This document shows positions 7,251 to 17,810 of a stretch of 57,616 nucleotides of DNA, piece by piece. Origin of the DNA: a virus. Taxonomy: Duplodnaviria; Caudoviricetes. How positions within the stretch are numbered: the stretch's first letter is position 1; each line of letters begins with the position of its first letter. The stretch spans positions 1-57,616 of IMG/VR virus record IMGVR_UViG_3300027801_000025; one strand, 5' to 3'. The position numbers were made by a program, and so were the translations under genes. The notes under the pieces are model-generated. The model did not search any database. It was not told the origin of the DNA and was given only the letters and a program-made list of their open reading frames with translations.

Positions 7251-8171
7251 ATGGCATATTCAAAAAGACCTAATGGAAATTTATTCCACAACATTAAAGG
7301 CTCACAGTCGAGTCAAGCCCCAACACAACCTGGAATAGGTGGTATGGGAGAAGTAGAATCACCAGCTAAAAACATCTTGCTAAAACTTGCTCAAAAAGGA
7401 GTTACAAGACTACTACAAAAAGGTGGTAACAAAGTTAAGTTTCTTCCTAAACCAAAAGTACCAGTAGCAAACCCTGGAATTACAGGTGGAGCAAAGACTA
7501 GTTTTGGATCAAAAGTTGGAAACTTTGTTAAAGAATCAATAAAATACACTATTGGTGGTGGTGTTGCAAATTTGTTATTAGGATCAAGTGATGATAGTGG
7601 TGCAGCTGCAACTACAACTAGTGGTGGTGGTGGAGACAAGAAGAAGCCAGGTAGTTATGTTAAACCAGGTGGTAAAGCAACTGGTAATATGAAAGACTAT
7701 GCTTTAAACAGTCAAGGTAGACGTGATGAGTATACAGCTAGAGGTTGGAAACAAGATGATACTACTAGTGTTAAAGGTGGTAACAAACCTGTTTCTGAAA
7801 TAAAACCTAGTTCTGTCGTTGAATCAAATGTAACTCCTGATGCTGAACCATTAACAGTAACACCACCTGCATCTACTACTAAGCCAACTGCTGTTCAAAC
7901 TCAAAAGGCTCAGAACACTATGGATAGAAAAAATAGATCTATAGATAAAAAGCAAGGTAAAATTGATGATGCTAACGCTCTTGGTAATACTAAGAAAGCT
8001 ACTAGAAAACAAAGAAGCTTAGATAATAAAAAAGCTAGACTTGCTGATAAAAATAAGTTAGATCAAAAGTACATGTCTGATTTATCTGGTGCTGAAAAAC
8101 CAAAAGACGAAAGTCCTGTACCTTATACATCAAGAATTCAAGCTTCTGCACAATACAATAAGCATAAGTAA
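7251..8171 (+). CDS. Gly/Lys-rich hypothetical protein (SPAK motif)
   Basis: ORF track, 306 aa. Confidence 0.7.
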   Translation: MAYSKRPNGNLFHNIKGSQSSQAPTQPGIGGMGEVESPAKNILLKLAQKGVTRLLQKGGNKVKFLPKPKVPVANPGITGGAKTSFGSKVGNFVKESIKYTIGGGVANLLLGSSDDSGAAATTTSGGGGDKKKPGSYVKPGGKATGNMKDYALNSQGRRDEYTARGWKQDDTTSVKGGNKPVSEIKPSSVVESNVTPDAEPLTVTPPASTTKPTAVQTQKAQNTMDRKNRSIDKKQGKIDDANALGNTKKATRKQRSLDNKKARLADKNKLDQKYMSDLSGAEKPKDESPVPYTSRIQASAQYNKHK

Positions 8172-8620
8172 TGTCAAAGAAAAAGTTTTCAGAAACTAAA
8201 GTTGGTAAATTTCTATCAAAAGCCGCGCCTGGTATACTAGGTATGGCTGGAGATGTTTTACCAGACGCTGGAGTATTTGGTTTAATTAAAAACTTAATAC
8301 AAAAAGACCCTGCACTTCCACCTGAAGACAAAGAGAAAGCTCTAAAACTATTAGAGCAAGATATGGTAGAAATGCAAGAAATATCAAAACGTTGGTCGAG
8401 CGATATGAAAAGCGATTCTTGGCTCAGTAAAAATACGCGCCCCATGACGCTAATATTTTTAACTGCTTCATTGGTTGTTATTATGTTGCTCGACAGCTTT
8501 GAGATACCTTTTGCTGTAGATGCAGGATGGGTTGATTTATTAAAGTCTTTACTTATTACAGTATATGTGGCTTATTTTGGTTCACGTGGTGTAGAGAAGT
8601 TTAAGAAAATATCTAAATAA
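8171..8620 (+). CDS. Holin-like protein (GTA 3TM holin family)
   Basis: RWSSDMKSDSWLSKNTRP followed by two TM segments and YFGSRGVEK. Confidence 0.75.
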   Translation: MSKKKFSETKVGKFLSKAAPGILGMAGDVLPDAGVFGLIKNLIQKDPALPPEDKEKALKLLEQDMVEMQEISKRWSSDMKSDSWLSKNTRPMTLIFLTASLVVIMLLDSFEIPFAVDAGWVDLLKSLLITVYVAYFGSRGVEKFKKISK

Positions 8621-8621
8621 A

Positions 8622-9329
8622 ATGAGTAGAATTAGTGAATACAGTTTAGACACCAAGCTAGAATCAAGTGATAAGTTATTAGGCTCTAACGCTGATGGTT
8701 CTACTAAAAACTTTAAGGTAGACGATTTATCTATTTTTCTTTCTGAAACAAATACATCAGGAACTAGTAGTAGTTTTACTTTTAGGTATCAACAAAACAA
8801 CCTAGGTAATGGTGATATGAAATTTACTTTATCTAGTGGTAGCACTTTAGCTAACGTTACTAGTTTGAAAGTTAATAAATTTAACTACGATAATTATGAC
8901 AATGCCATAAATAATGCTTTAACCTTATTAGCTAGTAAAAATATAGTTGTTTACGAAATAAACAATAGAAATAATTTTGGTGTTTATAAGGTTGAAACCT
9001 TAAATGTAGATAGTGTAGACTCAAATTTCTACAATATAACTTTAACATTTAAAACCTCTAATGGTTCTATTGTTAATGACAAAATATATGGTATAGATAT
9101 ATTCCCTGAAAGTGGTGATATAACATTTGCTCACCATCAAAACAACGCAAGCACTTCATGGGTGATAAACCATAACCTAGGTAAATTCCCTAGTGTTAGT
9201 ATAAAATTTTCAAGTTCTGATAATGTCTATACTAATGTTGGTGCGTTTGCTGGAATTGTATATACTAACGAAAATAACTTAACAATAAACTTAGCAGCTG
9301 CTGAAAGTGGCTATGCATACTTAAACTAA
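8622..9329 (+). CDS. Virion structural / tail-fibre base protein
   Basis: N-terminal MSRISEY; C-terminal WVINHNLGKFPSV...GYAYLN domain; at the start of the fibre cluster. Confidence 0.55.
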   Translation: MSRISEYSLDTKLESSDKLLGSNADGSTKNFKVDDLSIFLSETNTSGTSSSFTFRYQQNNLGNGDMKFTLSSGSTLANVTSLKVNKFNYDNYDNAINNALTLLASKNIVVYEINNRNNFGVYKVETLNVDSVDSNFYNITLTFKTSNGSIVNDKIYGIDIFPESGDITFAHHQNNASTSWVINHNLGKFPSVSIKFSSSDNVYTNVGAFAGIVYTNENNLTINLAAAESGYAYLN

Positions 9330-9335
9330 AAAACA

Positions 9336-10748
9336 ATGGCAATACCTATTTTAAATCACTTAGACTTACGAAGTGTATCAGAGTTGCAAAACGCAATACT
9401 CCACAAAACAACAACAGCTTCTGCTTCTGACGTAGAAGGTAAAATAATATATGATACTGGAACAGATTCAGCTAAAGTATACAACGGATCCGCTTGGGTT
9501 GATCTAGGTGGTGATATATCTAGGGTCAACATTACAGCTGGAAACGGTTTAACTGGTACTGTAGATACAACACTTGGAGAACACACGCAAACGCTAACAG
9601 TTGTTGGTGGTGATGGTATTACGGCTAATGCAGATGAAATTGAAGTAACTGTTGATGGTTCAACAATCGAACTAAGTGCTACAACTGGTGCTGGTGCTGT
9701 TAGAATAAAAGATAACGGTGTTACGTTAGCTAAGTTAGCACATCAAACAAATAACACTGTTTTCAAAGTAAGCGCATCTGGTGTACCTGTTGCTGGAACA
9801 ATAGATACAGCTAACATTACAGCTGACGCGGTAACTGGAGCTAAAATTGCTGATAACGCTGTTGATAGTGAACATGTTGCTGCTGATAGTCTTGATACGG
9901 AACATTACGCTGCTGGTTCAGTAGATAACGATGCTCTAAAAGCTGATGCAGTTGATGGGGCTAAGATTGCTGATAATGCTATTGATTCAGAACATTATAC
10001 TGACGGAAGTATAGATAGAGTTCATTTAGCTGCTGATATAGTAGACGGAAATAAAATAGCAGATGATTCTATTAACTCCGAGCACATTGTAGATGGATCT
10101 GTAGATAACGTTCATTTAGCAAACGATGGTATCACAATTGGTTCAACTGACACTTCTCTAGGTGGTACAATAACCGCTATTGTTGGATTAACTGATTTAG
10201 ATTTAACAGCGGGTAATAAAACAATATTCGATACTGTTGGTGCTAACACTCTTACAATGGGTGCTTCTGGAACTACAATTACTATTCCAGGTAACTTAAT
10301 AGTAACAGGTACACAAACAATATCCAACGAAACAGTAAAAGTTGTTTCAGACAATACCTTACAATTTGAAGGTGCTGCTGGTACAGATGCGGCTCATGAA
10401 TTAGATTTAACAACAGCTGTATTATCTGCTGATAGAACTATAACTTTACCAGATAACTCAGGTATTATAGCTTTAACAACTGATATAACAGCTAGACAAT
10501 TTTCAACATTAATAGGTAATGCGTCAGCTGCAACAATAAACATATTAAACTCAGGAGCTTCTGCTCCACACAAAAACCATGGATTAGGTGCAAACAGCAC
10601 TCAGTTTATGGTTCAATTAGTTGAAGTAGATACTGGAGCAACAGTTATGGCTGATGTAGTAAGAGGAGCTAGTGGAGCTATAGCAATAACATTTGCTACT
10701 GCACCAGCTGCTAATAAAATGAGAGTTCTTATCAACAAGATAGGATAA
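9336..10748 (+). CDS. Tail fibre-like protein with internal repeats
   Basis: Repeats of AD(A/I)V(T/D)G(A/N)KIADxx(V/I)xSEH; HGLG-type C-terminal domain. Confidence 0.7.
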   Translation: MAIPILNHLDLRSVSELQNAILHKTTTASASDVEGKIIYDTGTDSAKVYNGSAWVDLGGDISRVNITAGNGLTGTVDTTLGEHTQTLTVVGGDGITANADEIEVTVDGSTIELSATTGAGAVRIKDNGVTLAKLAHQTNNTVFKVSASGVPVAGTIDTANITADAVTGAKIADNAVDSEHVAADSLDTEHYAAGSVDNDALKADAVDGAKIADNAIDSEHYTDGSIDRVHLAADIVDGNKIADDSINSEHIVDGSVDNVHLANDGITIGSTDTSLGGTITAIVGLTDLDLTAGNKTIFDTVGANTLTMGASGTTITIPGNLIVTGTQTISNETVKVVSDNTLQFEGAAGTDAAHELDLTTAVLSADRTITLPDNSGIIALTTDITARQFSTLIGNASAATINILNSGASAPHKNHGLGANSTQFMVQLVEVDTGATVMADVVRGASGAIAITFATAPAANKMRVLINKIG

Positions 10749-10768
10749 TAATAAAATAAAATCTTAAC

Positions 10769-13700
10769 ATGGCTCAAAAGTTTTTAAATGGAATTGATAT
10801 TTCAGGAAATATTGTTGTCGACAGTAATAGTGCTGTTGGTGCCACTGTCTTAGACATCCAAGGAACTCAAGGCCAACTCTTCTCAATCACAAACTCCCTT
10901 TCCGGAGATTTATTCTCAGTTTCAGACATTTCTGGTATACCTATACTTAACGTTAATTCTAGCGGTTTAGTTACTATAGACGGCACTCTAGCGGTTGATG
11001 GTAAATTAGGCGTAGGTTTAACACCTACAACTGTAAATCTAGAAGTTAAATCAATACAAGACTCAAGCTTTGATGAAGGAATTGGTATTGTAAGAAGTAA
11101 TACATCACAAACTGGTTATATTAACATGGTAGGTGGTGCAATGAATATAAATGCTCCAAATGCAGTACCTATAAAGTTTAGAGATGGTGGAAACACGAAT
11201 TTAACAATTGGTGGAGACGGCAATGCGACTTTTGCAGGTGAGCTAGAGGCTACTAGCCTAGACATAAACGGCAGTGCTGATATATCTGGAAACCTAACAG
11301 GAGTTGATACTTTAACGGCATCAAATTTTGTTGGCGCTGGTAGTTATCATGAGTTTGGTAACGGTACTGGTAGTGTAAGTAATGATGGTTCTTGGCATGC
11401 TAGAGTAAATATTGCAGGAACACAACACGCAAGATTAGATGTAAAAGATTTAAGTGATGGTATTATTACTTCAATGTTTGCTCACACTGGTCATGGAGCT
11501 GGTAAAGTTGGTACTTATTCTAACCACCCACTTCACTTAATGATTAATGGTACTAGTAAAGCCACTTTAGATAGTAGTTCTAATTTTGCTGTTACAGGTG
11601 AAATTGAAGGAGGTAGCTTAGATATAAATGGTAACGCTGATATATCGGGAACCATAACAACTGCAACTTGGGGTGGCGGTATAATCCCTGAAGCTAAGCT
11701 TCAAAACCAAAGTGGCACAAATACAGGTGATCAAAATTTAAGTACTTATCTAAAAGGAAGCAATAGCAGTGGTACTTACGAAGGAACTGTTACTGACTGG
11801 AATAGTCCAACTGTAACTGGATTTTATTCCGCCTCCAACGCTTCTAATAGATGGGGTGGGCAGTCAAATTGGTCCTCTATAATGCACGTTAAGTTGTATG
11901 ATGACAACAACAACTATGCATCACAAATAGGTTTCAATACCTATGACTCTGGCCTACACACAAGAACTAATAATGGCGGAACTTGGACTGGTTGGGCTGA
12001 AATATACACGTCAGATACTTTTACAAATAACTCTGGAAACTGGAATACGGCTTACGGTTGGGGAGATCATGAACTATCCGCACAAGACAAGACGGATATA
12101 GGTAACCTGTCAGGCACAAACACCGGTGACCAAACATTAGCTTCACTAGGAGCCCAAGCTTCTGGAAATTATATAACTGGAACAGGAAGTTTGTCAGCAC
12201 AAGATCTTACCGATATAGGTAATCTATCAGGAACAAATACAGGTGATCAAACCCTACCTACCACACTACCAGCCACAACTTCTGATACGCTTGATTTTTT
12301 TCAGGACAGCTCAGGAGTGTCCTTACATCAATTCAACAACAGCTTAGATGATGTTGGTGGTAATTACGCTGCAACTTCTACTGGAGCATCCTATGGAACA
12401 GGATTAGACACTAGGTTTGGAAGTCACGGTATAAACACTCAGGGTGATGGTGTGTATGTTGACATCGCAGGGTTACCTACAATACAGGCTGTAAGTCTTT
12501 GGTACAAGGCTATAGGAAACGACAATGGGTATATTGTTGATTTTAGGCATGACACCCCTGGTAATAGTAGGTCGTATCTTTATACGCTTGCGGGTAGTGA
12601 CCAGTATATCAACATGGGTAATGACACAACAACCACCAACCAAACAGGAGATATTTGGATTAACGGTGTTGCATTCACCTCAGGGCAATACAACTTCACG
12701 TCCGGCAATTGGTATCATATAGTAATAACTACAGATGCTGTTAGTACAAAACAAAACTGGAATCAAGGTATTCGTATCGGTAATAGGTCTGATGGAACAA
12801 GTAACGGTAATGCCGGTTATTTTGACCAAGTAAGAACTTTTAATAGACGTTTAACATCTTCGGATGTTGCATTATTATATGCGGAAGTAGAAACAGGTGC
12901 TACTGCTGACCAAACGGCAGGAGAGATATTATCATTAATTAAAACTGTTGATGGAGCAAGTTCCGGATTAGACGCAGATTTATTAGATGGTAATGAAGCT
13001 TCTGCATTTGCTCTTTCTTCAATAGTAAATCAAACAGACTTTGTATCAGCAGCAAATGGTGGTACTTTTAGCGGTAATATAGATCTTAATGCTTCTTTCA
13101 AGTGGGCTAAAAATCAAAGTAATTCATATACTTATTCAGCAGCAGATTCTACTGGAATGTATATTGAAAGATTTAGCACAGCAGGTGCGGGTAGTCAGTT
13201 GGCTGACATGAGGTTTCAAGCAAGAGATAATAACACAGGTACTTATAATTCTATAAGTATAAAAGGTTCTGATAATACTGTTGTTATTACATCACCAAAC
13301 ACTATAATATCGGGTAACCTAACTGTAGGTGGAACGCGAACTATATTAAACACGGCAACTGTTGAAGTAGAGGATAATATACTACAACTTAATACAACAC
13401 AAGCTTCACCAGACACAGCAACAGCTGCTACGTCTGGTATATCTATTTATAGAGGTGATGGTGTTACACAGGCTAGTCTGATATTTGACGATGCTGACGA
13501 TACATGGGATTTAACAAATAATTTATTAGTTGCAGGTAACTTACAATCCTCTGGAGACTTTACCTCTGTAGGGTATGTACAAGCCACTAGTTTTCTTTAC
13601 CTAAGAAATAACATGCGATTGTTAAATAAAGCTGCTAATGGTTGGTTATCGTTTGCTATTAGAAACACAACGGCTTCAGAAGCGGTATATGATCTAGCAA

Positions 13701-16240
13701 ACATAGGAACATTAACAGCCGCTGGAGAAATTGAAGGTGGTAGTCTAGATATAAACGGTAATGCTGATATTTCAGGTAACCTGAGCGGGGTCGATACATA
13801 CACGGGTCAGAATATTGCTCTAACCATAGGAGCATCAGGTTCAGGACGTAGAGATCCTTTCACTGCTCTACACGCTTCTAATAACACTATCACTATAAGT
13901 CAATTTGGTCAAAGTCATGCGGCTTCACCAGCAGCCAACCAAATAGGTGTTTCAAACGCGGAGCAACATCTTCATTTAATTACAGACAGTCAAGCCAACA
14001 TGCAGGCTGGAACTTCTACGAAAGGTATATTTTTAAGAAGTGGAGGTGATGTTGGAATTGGAATAAAATCTCCGAGTGCTAAACTTGACGTTGCAGGTGA
14101 AGTCCAAGCTACTTCACTAGACATAAACGGCGATGCCGATATATCAGGTACATTAACAGTCGGAACTATAAGCGCAACAAACTATGGTTTAGCTTCTGCT
14201 GATATACCAAACAACGCCGCTAATACAACTGGCGACGCTGGTTCTGTTGACGGTAGGCATTATCAAGATCACTATGGGGTAGGTTATAAGTATGATATAT
14301 CTGTTGGAGGTGACGCTGACACTTATTACCCAGTAACCATAGATGGTGTGTGGGCTTATGCTTCTACAGTTTCAATACATAGAGGCTACAGTGAAACAGC
14401 ACCTTCTACTTGGAATACTTCAACACATAAAGGTGGTTTAACGTTTCAATACCAAATAATAGGAGCTAATGGCTGGGGTGGTTATCCATTAAGCATTAAA
14501 GTCCTTCAAGCAGCTGAAGTGTACTCACAAATACTAGGTGGTTTAGCTTTTACAGCACACGGAATGAAACACGTTGTTTGGTTAAGAGGTGGAACTGCCA
14601 CATATCACGTTTACTCTCACTCTGCTTTATCCATAGAAGTTAACGATTCTACATCTGCCTCAAATTACGTAGCTAGCTCATCACCAAACGCTTGGTATAC
14701 TTATGACAACTCTAATAACGCCTATGACACAACAGTAGCTCAAAGAACTTCTACACAAGTTATAGCAGCTTACGAATCTGAGATATTCAATTACATGGAC
14801 GTTAGTTACGGAAGTGCTAAAACAAATGAAATACTAGGAGGTGGTTCTGCTTCGAAGACTTTTTGGAATAGTGGCAATGATGGCGCTGCCTCAGGCTTAG
14901 ATGCAGATTTATTAGATGCCCAGCAAGGGTCGCATTATCTAGCAAGAGCAAATCACACTGGAACACAGTTGTATGCCACTATATCTAATCCACCCACAAT
15001 ACCATCAGGTAACGCAATTATAGATTGGACGGCGTCGGGGGCTGGAACAATACACACTGATAACTATATTGAAAATGTCGTACAGACAACGGTATCTGGT
15101 TCTTCTGGTTCTACAACAGGTAACGCAGCCACAGTAACAACTAATGCTAATTTAACTGGTCACGTTACATCTGTAGGGAATGCAGCTTCATTAGGTTCTT
15201 TTACAGTAGCTCAATTAAGCACAGCACTTTCAGACGCTACTATATCTGGCAATAACACTGGTGATCAAGATTTAAGTACTTATGGGCTAAAAACCTTCGA
15301 TTCTACAGCTGATTTAACTAGCCCATCCGCTAGTACGGGAACATGGACAAACGCTACAGCAACAGATTGGGGAAAACCTAAAATAGGTACTTCGTTAGCG
15401 AGATATAATGACGGTACAGGTACTTTGTCATTTGCTGTTCCGACAGGCATGAAAACAGCATATATCTCTCAACTTACGTGGAGTTCAGGTGGTTATATGG
15501 ACGTGTATGGTGTACAAGCGGATGGGGACGAGGTTTTTCTTAGAAGAGTAAATACTAAGCAAACAGTAGAAAACGATAATGAGGGTGATCCAAACCTCCA
15601 TGATGGTACTGCAATTTCATTCGCAGGTCACATAGGTGACTTTCCAACTATATTGTTACATAACAAAGTAGGTAGATTGCACTTAACAGGTTTAGGTTTT
15701 AGCAAAAGCGAATTAGCCGCCTCTGATGGAACTGGTATTGTTAATTATAGTCAACTAACCGGGACTGTTCCAACTTGGAATCAAAATACAACAGGTTCTT
15801 CTGGTTCTACAACAGGTAACGCAGCCACAGCCACAAATGTTGCTTACACAGGTTTGACTGGAACGGTTCCAACTTGGAACCAAAATACAACTGGTAGTGC
15901 AGGCTCTGTTGCTTGGGGTAATATAACAAGTAGACCTTATATAGAAACCAATGCTACAACATCAGCAACAGCTACTACAGCAATAGCTAGTGTAGCTCAT
16001 GCTACTTACACAGCTGCTTTCTTTGATTTTGTTATTAAAAATGGAACTAATGTTAGAGCAGGTACAGTATATGCTTGCCACGACGGAACAAACGTAGAAT
16101 TTACAGAAACGTCAACAGTAGACTTAGGTGACACATCAGATGTTACGCTAAACGTAGTAATATCAACAAGCTATCTGCAGTTACAAGCAACAACAACATC
16201 CAGCACTTGGACAATTAAATCTTTAATAAGAGCAATATAA
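10769..16240 (+). CDS. Long mosaic tail fibre / receptor-binding protein (1823 aa) with a LamG-like domain
   Basis: G/S/T/N-rich; repeats of GExExxSLDINGxADISG (4x), SGxNTGDQ (4x), SGLDADLLD (2x); WYHIV...FDQVRTFNRRLT LamG signature. Confidence 0.85.
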   Translation: MAQKFLNGIDISGNIVVDSNSAVGATVLDIQGTQGQLFSITNSLSGDLFSVSDISGIPILNVNSSGLVTIDGTLAVDGKLGVGLTPTTVNLEVKSIQDSSFDEGIGIVRSNTSQTGYINMVGGAMNINAPNAVPIKFRDGGNTNLTIGGDGNATFAGELEATSLDINGSADISGNLTGVDTLTASNFVGAGSYHEFGNGTGSVSNDGSWHARVNIAGTQHARLDVKDLSDGIITSMFAHTGHGAGKVGTYSNHPLHLMINGTSKATLDSSSNFAVTGEIEGGSLDINGNADISGTITTATWGGGIIPEAKLQNQSGTNTGDQNLSTYLKGSNSSGTYEGTVTDWNSPTVTGFYSASNASNRWGGQSNWSSIMHVKLYDDNNNYASQIGFNTYDSGLHTRTNNGGTWTGWAEIYTSDTFTNNSGNWNTAYGWGDHELSAQDKTDIGNLSGTNTGDQTLASLGAQASGNYITGTGSLSAQDLTDIGNLSGTNTGDQTLPTTLPATTSDTLDFFQDSSGVSLHQFNNSLDDVGGNYAATSTGASYGTGLDTRFGSHGINTQGDGVYVDIAGLPTIQAVSLWYKAIGNDNGYIVDFRHDTPGNSRSYLYTLAGSDQYINMGNDTTTTNQTGDIWINGVAFTSGQYNFTSGNWYHIVITTDAVSTKQNWNQGIRIGNRSDGTSNGNAGYFDQVRTFNRRLTSSDVALLYAEVETGATADQTAGEILSLIKTVDGASSGLDADLLDGNEASAFALSSIVNQTDFVSAANGGTFSGNIDLNASFKWAKNQSNSYTYSAADSTGMYIERFSTAGAGSQLADMRFQARDNNTGTYNSISIKGSDNTVVITSPNTIISGNLTVGGTRTILNTATVEVEDNILQLNTTQASPDTATAATSGISIYRGDGVTQASLIFDDADDTWDLTNNLLVAGNLQSSGDFTSVGYVQATSFLYLRNNMRLLNKAANGWLSFAIRNTTASEAVYDLANIGTLTAAGEIEGGSLDINGNADISGNLSGVDTYTGQNIALTIGASGSGRRDPFTALHASNNTITISQFGQSHAASPAANQIGVSNAEQHLHLITDSQANMQAGTSTKGIFLRSGGDVGIGIKSPSAKLDVAGEVQATSLDINGDADISGTLTVGTISATNYGLASADIPNNAANTTGDAGSVDGRHYQDHYGVGYKYDISVGGDADTYYPVTIDGVWAYASTVSIHRGYSETAPSTWNTSTHKGGLTFQYQIIGANGWGGYPLSIKVLQAAEVYSQILGGLAFTAHGMKHVVWLRGGTATYHVYSHSALSIEVNDSTSASNYVASSSPNAWYTYDNSNNAYDTTVAQRTSTQVIAAYESEIFNYMDVSYGSAKTNEILGGGSASKTFWNSGNDGAASGLDADLLDAQQGSHYLARANHTGTQLYATISNPPTIPSGNAIIDWTASGAGTIHTDNYIENVVQTTVSGSSGSTTGNAATVTTNANLTGHVTSVGNAASLGSFTVAQLSTALSDATISGNNTGDQDLSTYGLKTFDSTADLTSPSASTGTWTNATATDWGKPKIGTSLARYNDGTGTLSFAVPTGMKTAYISQLTWSSGGYMDVYGVQADGDEVFLRRVNTKQTVENDNEGDPNLHDGTAISFAGHIGDFPTILLHNKVGRLHLTGLGFSKSELAASDGTGIVNYSQLTGTVPTWNQNTTGSSGSTTGNAATATNVAYTGLTGTVPTWNQNTTGSAGSVAWGNITSRPYIETNATTSATATTAIASVAHATYTAAFFDFVIKNGTNVRAGTVYACHDGTNVEFTETSTVDLGDTSDVTLNVVISTSYLQLQATTTSSTWTIKSLIRAI
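15098..15830 (+). repeat. Exact 37-bp direct repeat (15098-15134 and 15794-15830)
   Basis: ggttcttctggttctacaacaggtaacgcagccacag occurs twice. Confidence 0.9.
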
Positions 16241-17472
16241 TGGGAATATATAGAGGACCTGGAGTAATAAATGATGGATTAGTGTTCGGTTATGATACCG
16301 GATATGGTATTGCTGATAATACCACCGCAACTAGATTTTACCCAGGAGAACAAACTGTTAATTATACCACCGACACACCCTCACAAGGCGGATGGACAGG
16401 TTCGTATAGCGTTATTGATTCTTCATTAAAAACATTTAGATTAAATGTAAGTAACTTTTCTGCTAATCCAGGAGCTGGTTGGAGGTCGTTTACTTGGGAT
16501 TTACGTGCGTACACGGGCCAATCTGTTACTATATCAGCTACAGTAGAAGTGCCCAGCGCAAGCCCAGGAACGTTCGCTTGGGTGATGATGGGGCAGGGAA
16601 ACACACATACAAATAGCAGTGGTGCTGGTGGGTATATGGGTTATTCGGCTGCTAGTGAGAGAGTATATAAATCTACTACAACTAAAGAACGTATTACTTG
16701 GAGCGGGACATTGGGGAACTCAGGCACAGCCAGCCAACCTTCAGGGCATGTTGGATTCACAGTGTGGTATAACAATGGGGTTCCTGGCACTAACTCTTAC
16801 GTAGAAGTTTCGGATGTACAAATAGAATTAAAGTCTCATGAAACTCCTTTTATCAACGGCACTAGGTCCTCCACGGCTTCGTTAATAGATTTAAAAAGAA
16901 CAGCTAGCATAGACGTGTCTAATGTGTCATTTGATTCAACAGGGCAACCTACGTTTGATGGTACTGATGATTACATAACAATGGCAAATAACCCTCAAGT
17001 TGGAGATCCACAAGCGAGTTGGGAGTTTGTTGTAAAGTTTGATATTACTCACAACGATGATACTGGTGAGTATAGACAACTGTATATACAAGAAAATTCT
17101 ATATGGATCGCTCAATATTATGATAAAATAGGTATTGATATTAGAAAAGATAATAATGCTTGGTTTGATAGTAATGGTGGCGTTGTCACGGGTTCACAAA
17201 CAGCAGTTGTTGACGCTAACATTTGGTACCATGTAGTGTTTACGTTTAATAACGGTGTAATAAAAGGATATTTAAATAACGTGCTTCAATTTACAACAAC
17301 CGTGTCTGGAATGACTGGTATTATAAATGGACAAACCCCAAGAAGAATAGGTCGTAGAACTAATCAACCTTTAGATGGTAGCATGCCTGTGGTTAGGCTT
17401 TACGATACAGATCTAACAGCAATACAAGTAGCGCAAAATTACAACGCATATAAAAACAGATTTAATATATAA
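16240..17472 (+). CDS. LamG/concanavalin A-like lectin domain virion protein with inserted beta-sandwich domain
   Basis: FDGTDDY, WYHVVFTF and RLYDTDLTAIQVAQNY motifs. Confidence 0.8.
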   Translation: MGIYRGPGVINDGLVFGYDTGYGIADNTTATRFYPGEQTVNYTTDTPSQGGWTGSYSVIDSSLKTFRLNVSNFSANPGAGWRSFTWDLRAYTGQSVTISATVEVPSASPGTFAWVMMGQGNTHTNSSGAGGYMGYSAASERVYKSTTTKERITWSGTLGNSGTASQPSGHVGFTVWYNNGVPGTNSYVEVSDVQIELKSHETPFINGTRSSTASLIDLKRTASIDVSNVSFDSTGQPTFDGTDDYITMANNPQVGDPQASWEFVVKFDITHNDDTGEYRQLYIQENSIWIAQYYDKIGIDIRKDNNAWFDSNGGVVTGSQTAVVDANIWYHVVFTFNNGVIKGYLNNVLQFTTTVSGMTGIINGQTPRRIGRRTNQPLDGSMPVVRLYDTDLTAIQVAQNYNAYKNRFNI

Positions 17473-17476
17473 AATT

Positions 17477-17809
17477 ATGGCATTCAAAAACAGAAGATGG
17501 TTGGTAATACCAACAAGCATTATAGATGATATCGATTTCAATCAGGTTCACGAACCTAATGCAGAGTCGTTAAGAAAATCTATAGACGAGTCTAAAACCT
17601 TCATTAAGTATGAGGTTAATGTGGTTGAAGAAACACACACAGAAACTTTTCAAGATATAGAAACAGGTGAGAATATTACTACCACGGTAGAGGCTGGAAC
17701 TTACGGCAGACCTTCTATTTACGGTGAAGCATATACGGAATATAATCATGCTGATATTTTAGCTTTGCTAGCAACATCGGAGTGGAGTTCAACAGAAACG
17801 CCAGAATAA
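17477..17809 (+). CDS. Small acidic hypothetical protein in the LamG cassette
   Basis: ORF track, 110 aa. Confidence 0.7.
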   Translation: MAFKNRRWLVIPTSIIDDIDFNQVHEPNAESLRKSIDESKTFIKYEVNVVEETHTETFQDIETGENITTTVEAGTYGRPSIYGEAYTEYNHADILALLATSEWSSTETPE

Positions 17810-17810
17810 C

